From Eubacteriales bacterium (GTDB taxonomy: Bacteria; Bacillota; Clostridia; Oscillospirales; CAG-272), in NCBI GenBank assembly GCA_045588085.1, contig JAZNDN010000002.1, positions 1 to 59,451 on the forward strand: a stretch of DNA of 59,451 bases, given 5' to 3'. This document shows positions 10,852 through 21,174 of the stretch, one piece after another. The notes beneath the pieces are model-generated. The model saw only the letters and a list, made by a program, of their open reading frames with translations. It was not told where the DNA came from and did no database searches. How positions within the stretch are numbered: the stretch's first letter is position 1; every line of letters begins with the position of its first letter. The translations under genes were made by a program, and so were the position numbers.

Positions 10852-11859
10852 TTAGAATGGTAACAGCAGAGCCGCAATACCAAGGCAGGCGATAATCGCC
10901 GAAACGACCTCTATAATTTTGGGCTTTTTGGGCTTAAAGAACGTCACGGCGGTAGAAACCGCAATAACGCCGCCTGTTACGATAGAATACTGTATGGAGG
11001 ACTGTACGCCGTTTGCAAGGGTTATAACGAGAATGTAGTTTGCAATTCTGTTAAGTATACCGTTTGACGCCGCAATAGAAACGGTAAGTGGCGTATGCTT
11101 GATTTTCGGACCCTTATTCATCATGAAGAGCATAAGGATAAGCGCCATACAGATTGAGGTTATTGCCGAGAGAATGGAGTATCCTGCTGCAGACGTTTTC
11201 TCAAAGGGGGCTTCGGTGAAGTACTTTGACATAACGCCCGACATACCGTTAAGCACAAAAATAACGAAATAGTAGATAAATCCGCCGCGCTTCTTAGGCT
11301 TTACCGAGGTGTCGGTGACATCAGCGCTATCGCAAACGGGATTTTCCCGAGCTGTTGCCTCAGTTTCGTTCTTTTGAACGCCGCCGAACAGAGAGCTTTT
11401 TATTTTGCCGAACCGTTCAAGCACGCTATCGGGAAGAACGTTCTTGTAATCAACCGTCAGCGCAAGAGCCGCGCAGACGAGAAGGAAGCATACTATCTTT
11501 GCCCCCGTTATCGGCTCGTCGTAGAACATAATTCCCTGAAAATAAGGAAGAACCATACCGCCGAGCATCATAAAGAGCGAATAGAGCGAGAGGTTTATTC
11601 TCTCAAGCGCTCGGAATCCGCAGAAGGTCATTGCAAAGCCGCTGAGGGAATGAATCAGCGCCATAATAAAGGTGAACCAGGTGAATTCAAACTTGAAGCC
11701 GTTTATCAGGAAAAGTGCGATAAGACCGGGGATTGCGGTCATCAGCGAGAACTGAATGCTGACCTTAAGTCCCGAACCGACTCTTGAACGGTAAACATCT
11801 TTAAGAGCGAAGGTTCCGCCAAACATAAAGACGGAAACGAATATTAAAGCGTAATACAT
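10852..11859 (-). CDS. DMT/EamA-like membrane transporter
   Basis: Two 5-TM halves joined by a hydrophilic loop. Confidence 0.7.
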   Translation of the reverse strand: MYYALIFVSVFMFGGTFALKDVYRSRVGSGLKVSIQFSLMTAIPGLIALFLINGFKFEFTWFTFIMALIHSLSGFAMTFCGFRALERINLSLYSLFMMLGGMVLPYFQGIMFYDEPITGAKIVCFLLVCAALALTVDYKNVLPDSVLERFGKIKSSLFGGVQKNETEATARENPVCDSADVTDTSVKPKKRGGFIYYFVIFVLNGMSGVMSKYFTEAPFEKTSAAGYSILSAITSICMALILMLFMMNKGPKIKHTPLTVSIAASNGILNRIANYILVITLANGVQSSIQYSIVTGGVIAVSTAVTFFKPKKPKIIEVVSAIIACLGIAALLLPF

Positions 11860-12053
11860 TGTCTTTCCTTTCGATGAGTTGTTTTATGCATTCAGTATAC
11901 CATTGATTTTCATTTCATTCAATATAATTTTTCCATGTTTTAATCGAAAAAAGTTTGTTTTTTTCGTTGACAAGATTTTTTTGGGGGTGTATAATGTAGT
12001 TGCAGTGAAAAGCAACGCTGCAAATCCCCCGTTCAATGCTTCAGGAGGCCGGT

Positions 12054-12848
12054 ATGAAACTTAAAAATGTTTGCAAGTTTATCACCAGTGAAAATGACGA
12101 AAGACTGAAAATGATAAACTTCGTTCTTGAAAGAAACGAGGCGCAGATGGTGCTGGATTCAAGATTTGCGCATACGAGAGCAATACTTGTCTGCGAGGGT
12201 CAGGGCGTTATGCGTTTTGATGGTCAGGAATTCTCGGTTTCCAAAGGCTTTCTTATATTTGCCTTTGAGGATGAAATGTTCCGCATTGAAAACCCCTCCG
12301 AGCTTGAATATATCTACGTAAGCTTTGACGGCGGACGCGGTCACGCTCTTATGAACCGCTACGGCATCAGCAAGGCAAACCGAATTTTCGGAAAATGCGA
12401 ACCCCTCATTCCGTTTTGGCAGGAGAGCATTTCCAGAGCCGAGGAAAGCAATGTAGATATAGTTTCCGAGGCGGCTCTTCTTTACGCTTTTTCAAGGCTT
12501 TCCGGCGTGGTTGGCGAAAAGGAAGACGCAGTTGCCAGGGCTGTTGCATTTCTTGAGGAAAACTTCAACGATACAGAGTTATCTCTTGCCGAGGTCTCAG
12601 AGGAGCTTTCATATAACCCAAAATATCTTTCACATATTTTTAAGGAAAAAATGGGAATGGGTTTCTCCGAATATCTCAGAATGCTGAGAATAAAGCAGGC
12701 AATACTTCTGTTTGACCACGGAATAGACTCGGTAAAGAACGTAGCTTATCTTTGCGGATTTGCGGACCCGCTGTATTTTTCATCGGTATTCAAAAAAGAA
12801 ATAGGCCTATCGCCTAAGGAATACAAGGCGTCGCTCAAGGATGAATAA
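12054..12848 (+). CDS. AraC family transcriptional regulator
   Basis: C-terminal YLSHIFKEKMGMGFSEYL...VAYLCGFADPLYFSSVFKKEIGLSPKEY; SD AGGAGG before ATG 12054. Confidence 0.92.
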   Translation: MKLKNVCKFITSENDERLKMINFVLERNEAQMVLDSRFAHTRAILVCEGQGVMRFDGQEFSVSKGFLIFAFEDEMFRIENPSELEYIYVSFDGGRGHALMNRYGISKANRIFGKCEPLIPFWQESISRAEESNVDIVSEAALLYAFSRLSGVVGEKEDAVARAVAFLEENFNDTELSLAEVSEELSYNPKYLSHIFKEKMGMGFSEYLRMLRIKQAILLFDHGIDSVKNVAYLCGFADPLYFSSVFKKEIGLSPKEYKASLKDE

Positions 12849-12925
12849 TTTATCCTTCAAGGTGAAAATTCGCACTTTCCGCTTGCTGTAAAATGCACAA
12901 TATATAATGAAAGGAAGGCTTACTC

Positions 12926-14179
12926 ATGAATGATAACAGGTCCCATAACACAAATTCGAGAGATTACGCTTTAGCCGTGCTGCGCGGAATCTTCTGCTAT
13001 GCCGTATTCATAAGCGTTTACAAGCTTACCTCCCTTTCGGTCAAAATCATGACTAGCGTAGGCGGTGAAAGAGGACTCTTTCACGGACTTCCGTCGTGGT
13101 CGATATATCTGACTATATCCGTTGCTGCTATTCTTATATTCAATTCCGCTGCAACCGCCATAGCAGCGTACAACAAGGGAGAACGTGCAAAGTTTATACA
13201 CGGCACCTGTGAAAACGGTATTCACGAAATATTCTTCACCGAGCAAATGAAGAGTATTTTATCTTCAAAGCTGATACACGCAGAGGCACTTGGCACGATT
13301 TTACCAGTTCTGCTTACAGCCATCCTTGGCGGATTTTATGAAATTCCGAGAATATTCTTTGAGGCAGGCGTCCGTGACGGAGGACTTTCCCCGGCGCTTG
13401 CAATCATACCGATATGCATTCTTCAGTTTTATCTTGCAAAATACGAGGCAAGGCGCTATTGGCTGAAGCTTTGGCGTGAGAAAAAGCAGAAAAAGCTTGA
13501 CACGCCCTGGCGTTTCCCTGTGAGAATTGCACTCTTTTACCTGCTCTATCCTGCCGTTTACCCATACGCGCCTCTGGTTGCTTTCTTCGCGATTTCTTTG
13601 GGAGCTGCAGTTGCAGAGCTTACGGAGATTCTCAGCATAGTCGGGATTATTGCCGCCACGGCTCTCGTTATTGCGACAGTTCTTGGGATAAGACTGCTGA
13701 GGGCTATGTTGAAGCGAAAAAAGTTCTTGGGGCAGCTTCGGGCTCTGTGCGCGGAGCGAGGTGTTGAGCTTTCGGAAATAAAAAATCCCTATAAATCCTT
13801 TTTGGCAGACGAGTTTGACTGCAGCTTCACCTTGAAATACGGCACTGAAAAATTCGACTGCATCGTTCTTGCTACAATGAACCGCGGTGTACCCTTCGTC
13901 TTCACCTCGGAAACCGGTGGCTATTTCCGTCACAGAATAGGAACTAATAATCATCATATAGGCTTGAGCCACAACGTTAGCTTCTTCCATTCGGGCGGCG
14001 GCAAAAAGATAATTATAGTAAATCCCGACGTCAAAACTATGCTCATCGAGGACCTCGGCACAGTCAAGGCGATAATTCCGTGGGATAACATTTTCGGATA
14101 CACCGTGCATGATACAAAGAGCTTTCTTGGCGGAGTTGACAGACAATGTCTCGGTAAACACGAGCCGAAATATCACTGA
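12926..14179 (+). CDS. Hypothetical multi-pass membrane protein with soluble C-terminal domain
   Basis: 417 aa, SD GAAAGGAAGG, several hydrophobic segments, followed by terminator. Confidence 0.75.
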   Translation: MNDNRSHNTNSRDYALAVLRGIFCYAVFISVYKLTSLSVKIMTSVGGERGLFHGLPSWSIYLTISVAAILIFNSAATAIAAYNKGERAKFIHGTCENGIHEIFFTEQMKSILSSKLIHAEALGTILPVLLTAILGGFYEIPRIFFEAGVRDGGLSPALAIIPICILQFYLAKYEARRYWLKLWREKKQKKLDTPWRFPVRIALFYLLYPAVYPYAPLVAFFAISLGAAVAELTEILSIVGIIAATALVIATVLGIRLLRAMLKRKKFLGQLRALCAERGVELSEIKNPYKSFLADEFDCSFTLKYGTEKFDCIVLATMNRGVPFVFTSETGGYFRHRIGTNNHHIGLSHNVSFFHSGGGKKIIIVNPDVKTMLIEDLGTVKAIIPWDNIFGYTVHDTKSFLGGVDRQCLGKHEPKYH

Positions 14180-14208
14180 AACCGCAGCAAGCGGACAGTC
14201 CTGTACAT

Positions 14209-14245
14209 AACGGGAGCGCAGAAGAGCGCTCCTGTTTCGTTTATT
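14209..14245 (+). terminator. Intrinsic terminator
   Basis: AACGGGAGCGC-loop-GCGCTCCTGTT then T-rich tail. Confidence 0.7.
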
Positions 14246-14278
14246 TTAACTTAATTTCAACTTTTAGCTAAATTATGC

Positions 14279-14307
14279 TTGCAAATGCTTAGCAAATGTG
14301 CTAGAAT
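14279..14307 (+). promoter_or_regulatory. Sigma-A-like promoter with an embedded palindrome
   Basis: TTGCAA-17 nt-TAGAAT; TAGCA-AATG-TGCTA at 14290-14303 overlaps the spacer and -10. Confidence 0.55.
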
Positions 14308-14370
14308 TGTAATTGTAAAAATAGGTTTGGGTGAAAATATTATCCGGACAGCAAGGAGAGCGCAAAATCA

Positions 14371-16044
14371 ATGAATAACGAAGCTAATTCGCTCGGCTCA
14401 CAGTATATCGAGGAAAAGATGGACGACAGGTTCTTAAGCCTGCTTTATCCCTCGGAGGAAAGCCGCACTTATCATATGGACAGAAGCAATCTGCCGAATA
14501 TTTCCGAGGCGGTTTGCGACGAGCTTGGTCTTACCGAGCTTTTCGACCTCAGAAGCTGCTCTCTTCCCGATTTCTTCACAACCGACCCAGAGGTTATTCT
14601 CTACCGTCAGGAAACGGTAAGCGACATGATGAATCTACCGGAAATAAAGGACACTTTGGCAAAGGTTCATCCCATTCTCGCGGATATCAGCGAGCTTCGC
14701 CGTCTTGATATGGAAACGGGAAACTCCGGTGACTCATATCTTTACAGTATTACCGAAATTGAGCTTTACGTTTCCTGCATCGACATTCTTGCCGACGGAT
14801 TCCGCTCTATTTGCGGCAAAATACACGGCAGAGCTTTCAAGGCACTTTCGGAATTTGTACTTGAGCTTGCCGATTCGGAATATTACAAGGAGCTTAACAA
14901 GAAGCTTTCGGCACTTGCTTCGAGAGTGCACGAGGTCAAGAGCGTCACAATAGGCGTCAATCTTGACAGAGAGCTTCGGCCTTGCTCTGCCGGAGTTATT
15001 TCCGTAAACTCTGAAAAATTCAAATCGGGAAAGGCGCTTGACAAGATTCTTCGCCTTTCATTCAAAAACGATGCCTTTACCTGCATCGCAGAGCTCTCTC
15101 CTTTCGGAAAAGGACAGAGCGACAACAAAAGAGAGGCACTTATAGGAGCCTTCCATTCCGCTATCGAAGACGTTTTCAAGTCCTCCGTCAGAGGCTGGCG
15201 TGCCATAGTCGGAGAATACGTCCTTGACAACACGGACTTTTTGCTCCGCATGCTTCCCGAAATTGAGTTTATTTCAAAGGCGTCGGAGCTTATGAAACAG
15301 CTTGAGGAGCACCCCGGATGCTCGGTCGTTATGCCGAAGCTTCGTCCTATGAGCGAAAAGGTATTCTCCGCGGTGGGACTTTACAATCCCAGGGTTGCAA
15401 TGGCAATTGAGGACGAGATAGTTACAAACGATTTCTCCTTTGACGATAATGCCAGAATTTTCGTTCTGACAGGTCCCAACCGAGGCGGAAAATCTGTTAT
15501 TACGGTTGCGGTCGGAGCCTCCGAGGCGCTTTGCATGCTCGGGCTTCCGGTACCCGCAGAGGCTGCGGAAATTTCTCCTGTTGACGCCATATTCACTCAT
15601 TTTCCGGAGGGCGCCGACGACACGATTGACAAGGGACGACTCGGAGAGGAATGTGCAAGACTGCGCGAGATTTTCGACGACGTTACCGAGGACAGCATGA
15701 TTTTGCTTGACGAATCACTTTCCTCCACAGGCGCATACGAGGCGGCCTATATAGCATCTGAAATACTCACAGGCTTTGCGGCTATAAGAACTCGCGGAAT
15801 TTTCTCAACTCACCTTCACGAGCTTGCCTCGCGCGTTGCCGAGATAAACGAAAAATCCGCGGCACTCGGCGGCATTCGCATTGACACGCTGGTTGCGGGA
15901 ATCGAGGAGGGGCGCAGGTCGTTCAAAATAGTAAGGGCAAAGCCCGACGGCAAGTCTTACGCGCGCGACATTGCTGACAAATACGGACTTTCCTTCGAAA
16001 ACCTCATATCAAGAAAAAATGAAAATACGGAGGGTGCACAATGA
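14371..16044 (+). CDS. MutS-family ATPase (domain V; not canonical MutS1/MutS2)
   Basis: VLTGPNRGGKS Walker A, IFTHFP, GRLGEE, ILLDESLSST Walker B, STHLHEL, GKSYARDIA; 557 aa, no Smr domain. Confidence 0.85.
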   Translation: MNNEANSLGSQYIEEKMDDRFLSLLYPSEESRTYHMDRSNLPNISEAVCDELGLTELFDLRSCSLPDFFTTDPEVILYRQETVSDMMNLPEIKDTLAKVHPILADISELRRLDMETGNSGDSYLYSITEIELYVSCIDILADGFRSICGKIHGRAFKALSEFVLELADSEYYKELNKKLSALASRVHEVKSVTIGVNLDRELRPCSAGVISVNSEKFKSGKALDKILRLSFKNDAFTCIAELSPFGKGQSDNKREALIGAFHSAIEDVFKSSVRGWRAIVGEYVLDNTDFLLRMLPEIEFISKASELMKQLEEHPGCSVVMPKLRPMSEKVFSAVGLYNPRVAMAIEDEIVTNDFSFDDNARIFVLTGPNRGGKSVITVAVGASEALCMLGLPVPAEAAEISPVDAIFTHFPEGADDTIDKGRLGEECARLREIFDDVTEDSMILLDESLSSTGAYEAAYIASEILTGFAAIRTRGIFSTHLHELASRVAEINEKSAALGGIRIDTLVAGIEEGRRSFKIVRAKPDGKSYARDIADKYGLSFENLISRKNENTEGAQ

Positions 16045-16889
16045 GCATCGTCGTTGGAATAGACGTCGGTGGAAGCACGACGAAAATAGTAGCTTTCAGA
16101 CACGAAAACGGAGAAAAGGAGCTTATAAAGCCTCAATTCGTAAAGGCAAACGACCCTATGACGTCGATTTACGGTGCGTTCGGAAAGTTTACCGACGAGA
16201 ACGGCATAGCTCTTTCGGATATAGACAAGGTTATGATGACGGGCGTCGGCGCATCATTCGTCAGGCGCGGGCTTTACGGACTCGAATGCATATCGGTTCC
16301 CGAGTTCCGCGGCATAGGTCTTGGCGGTCTTTACATTTCCGGTCTTGACGAAGCATTGGTCGTCAGTATGGGTACCGGCACGGCTTTGGTTCATGCAAAG
16401 CATGGGGGACAGATGCGTTATCTTGGCGGCACTGGCGTCGGTGGCGGAACTCTTATGGGACTTTCTAAGCTGCTTCTTAACGCTGAAACCGTTGAGCACA
16501 TTATAGAGTTCGCCGAGGCAGGCAATCTTACGAACATAGACCTAAAGATAAAAGATTTGACCGCAGAGGGCTCTATGTCCGAGCTTTCCCGCGACCTTAC
16601 CGCATCCAATTTCGGAAACGTAAGCGACCTTGCCACAAAAGAGGACATTTCGGCAGGAATTGTGAATCTGGTGCTCGAAACCGTTGGTATGACATCGGTA
16701 TTTGCGGCACGTGCGACAGGTGTCAAGAACGTCATTCTCACAGGAAACATCACCAAGTTTAACCTTTGCAAAACCAAATTCCTGGAATTTGACGACATTT
16801 GCAGAGCAGACGGAATCAAATTCACAACACCCGAGCTTTCGCCGTATGCGACCGCTATCGGAACCGCGCTCTGCGGCTTTCAGAAATAA
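16041..16889 (+). CDS. Type II pantothenate kinase (CoaW/Fumble-like)
   Basis: GIDVGGSTTK, MTGVG, PEF, VSMGTGT, GGTGVGGGT, ASNFG; ATGA overlap with upstream gene. Confidence 0.8.
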   Translation: MSIVVGIDVGGSTTKIVAFRHENGEKELIKPQFVKANDPMTSIYGAFGKFTDENGIALSDIDKVMMTGVGASFVRRGLYGLECISVPEFRGIGLGGLYISGLDEALVVSMGTGTALVHAKHGGQMRYLGGTGVGGGTLMGLSKLLLNAETVEHIIEFAEAGNLTNIDLKIKDLTAEGSMSELSRDLTASNFGNVSDLATKEDISAGIVNLVLETVGMTSVFAARATGVKNVILTGNITKFNLCKTKFLEFDDICRADGIKFTTPELSPYATAIGTALCGFQK

Positions 16890-16986
16890 AGAAAAATCTT
16901 TGCCGGCCGAGATAATGTTTGAAGAGCCGATTTTCGCATTTTGACATTATTCCGGCTATAAACGATAATCGAAAAGAGGAGCGAGC

Positions 16987-17397
16987 ATGGCAATTAACAT
17001 ATTGCGATTCGTCATTCCCAAGAGCCTGGTTGAGTTCATCGACACAGAGAGCACTGTACGTCAGGCTATTGAAAAAATGCTCTACCACAGATACACCGCG
17101 ATTCCGGTTCTTGACGTTGAGGGCAAGTACGTAGGCGTGCTTCGGAACGATGACGTTCTGAGCTATTTTCTGAATAGTAAAAACGCCAGTATTTACGACG
17201 CCGAGGAGCACCCGGTAACAGAATTTATGGACACGTCGGCAAAGCCACTGCTTCACAGCACCTCGATGAACGAGCTGGTAGACGGGGTCAAGGAGCACAA
17301 CTTTTTGCCGGTAGTCGACGACCGTGGCTGTTTCATAGGAATAATACTGCGACGCGACGTGCTGAATTATCTTCTCAAATTTTACAAGGATGAATGA
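16987..17397 (+). CDS. CBS domain protein (YkuL-like)
   Basis: TVRQAIEKMLYHRYTAIPVLD...GKYVG and FLPVVDDRGCFIGII CBS pair. Confidence 0.85.
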   Translation: MAINILRFVIPKSLVEFIDTESTVRQAIEKMLYHRYTAIPVLDVEGKYVGVLRNDDVLSYFLNSKNASIYDAEEHPVTEFMDTSAKPLLHSTSMNELVDGVKEHNFLPVVDDRGCFIGIILRRDVLNYLLKFYKDE

Positions 17398-17409
17398 GGG
17401 AGCGTAACC

Positions 17410-20400
17410 ATGGAAGAAAACAAGAATTTATCTGCCGAGACTGAAGAGCAGACTAACGAAGCTTTGTCTGTAAGCGAGACAAATGCCGGCTCCGAAATAA
17501 AAGCGCAGAAGAGCGAATCTGAAAGTATAAACGACAAGCTCAGCCGTGCCACAGAAGCTATAATCAGAGCCGACGTTGAGGCTAAGCTCTCAAGAGAAGA
17601 GGCAAGGCGCGACAAGAGTGAGGCGGTTAAAGAAATCAAGCGAACCTCGGATGAAGCACGTCGCCGCCGTTCTAGCGGAGAGGCAAAAACGAACGAGAGA
17701 AACGAAAAGCTACAAGCCGAGCTTGAATACGCTGAGGCATTTCGTAAAAGGATAAGAGCTCAGAAGCAAAGAGCTGAGCAGCGCCGCAAGCAAGCACTGG
17801 AGGCAAAGCGTGCCGCAGAGGTACGCGAGCAGAGTGCCGATGAGCGCGAGGCTATAGCTCGCGAGGCGGATATTGCAGACGAGCGCAACAAGGAATCGGA
17901 TGAGCTTCTGAAAAAGCTTTCTGATAAGGTAGAGCTGAACGAGGAGGCTCGTCAGAAGGCTACCGAGGAGGCGGAAAGGCTTGAATCCGAAAGACTCGAA
18001 GCCGAGAAGCTTGCTCTTACAGAGAGCGAGAGCGAGGACGAGGGCTCCGAAGCTCTGCCCGAGGAATCTATGATTATAACCGACGAGGGCACAGAGCTTT
18101 TACCGGCATCTGCTTTTGATACCGAGGAGGCTTTGGAAAAATCCGAGGAAGACAGCCTTGCCGAGCTGCGAGATATGCTTATAGGAGCTGCTGCGGGAGC
18201 GGCGGTTGCCGACGGACTTTCGGACGGTGAAAAAACCGCTGACGAAGATGCCCGTCCCACAGAGCCCGAAGCAGCTGCTGCCGATACTGACGTGGCGGAT
18301 GCCGAAGCGCAGACGCCTGAGGAAATCTGCGACAAAGCCGACGACGGAATACTTACCGTTGATATAGAGCTTGCAGAGGACGAGGGGCAGAATACTGACG
18401 TAAGCGAGTACACCGAGCAGGGCGAAGATGCTATGCTTGAGGCTGCCGAGGAGCCGATTATCGAAAAAGAGGCGGCGGAAGACGAACCGACCGACGATTT
18501 CCTTATCACGATGGACGGTGCTCAGCTGGTGGCACCCACCGAGGAGCCTATACCTGAAAACGACACCGAGCAAAAGGGTTATGCCTATGCCGGTGTATAC
18601 AGTGCTCTGACGAGAAAGGCAGATTTCGGCGACGAATTTGACGAAAAGAAGCGTGCTATGGAGGAAAGCTTTGCAGCAATAGGGCAAAGCGGGGATGCGG
18701 AAGCATACACTCCCGACAAAAAGCTGCTCAGCACCTCATATAAATACGATGCAGGAAACGTTCTCAGAGGCGAGGATTTCCACGATGCGCCTCACGTCTA
18801 TGAAGCACACACCGACAAGACACTCAGCTTGAAAGAAGCATCCGCCGAGAAGCGCGAAGAAGATGACGTCACAGCGGCAATAGCAACGGCAGTCGGTGCG
18901 GGTGCGGTTGCGGCAGGCATTGCCTATGCGAAAGGCAGCAAACGCTCCGCTGATATGCAGGATGATGTGCTTACAGAAGCATTTGTTACCGAACAGAGCT
19001 CCTACGACACCCCCGACGCTAATCAGAATGACTTTACCAACGAGGGCGTAAAGACCGTTTCACTCGATACAGAATCCGTACACGCCCCCGAAGCAGACGG
19101 TGAGATTGCCAACGTGCAGACCGAGCCGTCAGCGGAAAAGGTTACCGAGCAGACTTCCGTCGGCACAGATTACATACCCGACTCCGAGCAATACTCGGAA
19201 ATCTGTCAGCCTTTTGCCGATAGCGCGGCACAGAGTGTCGGTTACGAGCCTTACACGGTATCTCAAGGCAAGCCCGGTGTCGAATATGCCGACGCGGCTC
19301 TTTCCGCAAGCTACAATGCGCACATGGAAAAAAAGCTTGCCCGCAAGAAAGGTGCGGCTGATTATGCCGATATACCGATTTCCGCTGATGAAATCTACGC
19401 TCCCGTAAAGCCGGCTTCCGATGAAAAGGTATTACAGAGCTACGACCAGGCGCGCGAGCGTAAGGCGGCTGAGCAGGCATATGCCGAGGCATCGCAAAAA
19501 AATGATACACTCCCCTACCCCGACCTCATATCCGCGAACGACGGAGTCTCGGATTCTGTACAGAAAAAGCTCCCGTTCGCCGAGCTTAATGATATTTATG
19601 ACGCTGAGCTTGAAAAGAAAGAGCTTGCAAAAACGGAGATAGCCAAGGCTCATATCCGCGCTTTGAGCGCGCGTGAGCTCAAGCGTTATCTCAAAGATGC
19701 CAAAGCCAAGGAGGCGGCGCTGCTTGAGCGCGAGAAACCTAGGCGCAAGGCTATCAAGGGCCGTCACGGAATGAAGGACAGACGCGCCGTTGCGGAATAT
19801 CTTGACGTCAAGTACGAGCTCATTACACTTTATATTGATTGCTACAAGACCTGCCTTGGTGCGCATAACACGAAGCTGCTTGCACAGTATGCGGAGAAAA
19901 TAGAGAAATCCGCATTGGAATACAACACGGGTCTTGACATTTGGGAGAAAATCACAGGTCAAAATCTTAAGAGAATCCCCTCATCTATTCTCAACGAGTT
20001 ATCGTCACATTCGGAGATAAGAATATCAAGAGTTATCCCGGGTGACGCTCATGATACGAGCTTTAACGCGAAAGCACCGGAGCATGCCCCATCCTTCAAG
20101 ACGGCTCCTACCAAGCGCGAGCTTGAAGAGGACCGCGAGCGTTTTCTTAAGGAAGAAGTGGAGCGCGAGGCTCTCAGACGCGAGAGCGAGAAGCGCAGAA
20201 GTGAGCGCCTTTGTGGCAAGTCTGCTCAACCGCAAAGCATAAGCGAAGACGAGGCAAAGCAGATTACAAAAAGAGCAGTTGACGCCCTTCGCCTTGGAAT
20301 TGACACAAGAATTGACGAGCATATACTTGAGATAAAGCGTGCTCAGTACCGATTTGGTGAAAAGGATGCGAGAACCAGACGCGAGGAGCGCGACACGCTT

Positions 20401-21099
20401 GCAAGAGCAAAGGCACTCAAGCGTGACAGACGCCGTATACTAAAGCGTGAGGAGCAGGACTATAAGCGTTACTTCACCATAATTCTTCAAGACCCTGCGA
20501 CAGCACTCACAAAAAAGCGTGCCGACAGAGCAAGAATGGCAGAGATGCGGCGCAGAATAATATCCTACGTTCTCGAAAGGGACAGCGTTAACAAGGAGCT
20601 CACACAGCTCTATTACGATAACGGAAAAGACGGCTCCAAGAAAAATATAAGGAAAAAGATTGCGGCGGTTTCTCTTGCGGCTATGAAAAAGGCTTATCGG
20701 CGTCTGCTTCCCGATTTCAAGGCAACGCAGAAGCTCAGAATCGTTCTTAAAGACAAGGATAGGATTTACGAGGTCATGAACAATATCGTTGCGACCAGCG
20801 GCTACCTTGCCGAGTGCCGATTTAGGATACGCCACGAGAATCCGCGTGCAGATGCGAAACGCCAGCTGCGTTCGGAAATCAAGAGGGCGCAAAGAGAGCT
20901 TGATGCACTGAGACGCGACCTTGCACGTCTTAAGAAAAAGGCGCGGGTACGCTCAAAGCTTTCTCCCAACCCCAAGAGTCAGATATTCTGGGCTGTGGTA
21001 GGACTTATTCTTGTTGTTGCTTGCGTCGTAGCCTATATAAACCGTGCTATGATTTTTGAATGGCTCGGAGGTCTAATTTCGGGATTCCTCGGAGGCTGA
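17410..21099 (+). CDS. Large hypothetical coiled-coil/acidic protein with C-terminal membrane anchor
   Basis: 1229-aa ORF with SD GAGGGAG; TM IFWAVVGLILVVACVVAYI near the C-terminus. Confidence 0.8.
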   Translation: MEENKNLSAETEEQTNEALSVSETNAGSEIKAQKSESESINDKLSRATEAIIRADVEAKLSREEARRDKSEAVKEIKRTSDEARRRRSSGEAKTNERNEKLQAELEYAEAFRKRIRAQKQRAEQRRKQALEAKRAAEVREQSADEREAIAREADIADERNKESDELLKKLSDKVELNEEARQKATEEAERLESERLEAEKLALTESESEDEGSEALPEESMIITDEGTELLPASAFDTEEALEKSEEDSLAELRDMLIGAAAGAAVADGLSDGEKTADEDARPTEPEAAAADTDVADAEAQTPEEICDKADDGILTVDIELAEDEGQNTDVSEYTEQGEDAMLEAAEEPIIEKEAAEDEPTDDFLITMDGAQLVAPTEEPIPENDTEQKGYAYAGVYSALTRKADFGDEFDEKKRAMEESFAAIGQSGDAEAYTPDKKLLSTSYKYDAGNVLRGEDFHDAPHVYEAHTDKTLSLKEASAEKREEDDVTAAIATAVGAGAVAAGIAYAKGSKRSADMQDDVLTEAFVTEQSSYDTPDANQNDFTNEGVKTVSLDTESVHAPEADGEIANVQTEPSAEKVTEQTSVGTDYIPDSEQYSEICQPFADSAAQSVGYEPYTVSQGKPGVEYADAALSASYNAHMEKKLARKKGAADYADIPISADEIYAPVKPASDEKVLQSYDQARERKAAEQAYAEASQKNDTLPYPDLISANDGVSDSVQKKLPFAELNDIYDAELEKKELAKTEIAKAHIRALSARELKRYLKDAKAKEAALLEREKPRRKAIKGRHGMKDRRAVAEYLDVKYELITLYIDCYKTCLGAHNTKLLAQYAEKIEKSALEYNTGLDIWEKITGQNLKRIPSSILNELSSHSEIRISRVIPGDAHDTSFNAKAPEHAPSFKTAPTKRELEEDRERFLKEEVEREALRRESEKRRSERLCGKSAQPQSISEDEAKQITKRAVDALRLGIDTRIDEHILEIKRAQYRFGEKDARTRREERDTLARAKALKRDRRRILKREEQDYKRYFTIILQDPATALTKKRADRARMAEMRRRIISYVLERDSVNKELTQLYYDNGKDGSKKNIRKKIAAVSLAAMKKAYRRLLPDFKATQKLRIVLKDKDRIYEVMNNIVATSGYLAECRFRIRHENPRADAKRQLRSEIKRAQRELDALRRDLARLKKKARVRSKLSPNPKSQIFWAVVGLILVVACVVAYINRAMIFEWLGGLISGFLGG

Positions 21100-21174
21100 T
21101 AAGCCTAGTAAGAGCGAACAATCCAATTCCGACGAAGAAATTTCCCGATATAAAAAAAGAAAGGATTTTCAGAC

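Noticed and set aside
14264-14304. CIRCE element
   Set aside because: Only TTAGCA...TGCTA matches; it lacks TTAGCACTC-N9-GAGTGCTAA and no chaperone genes follow.
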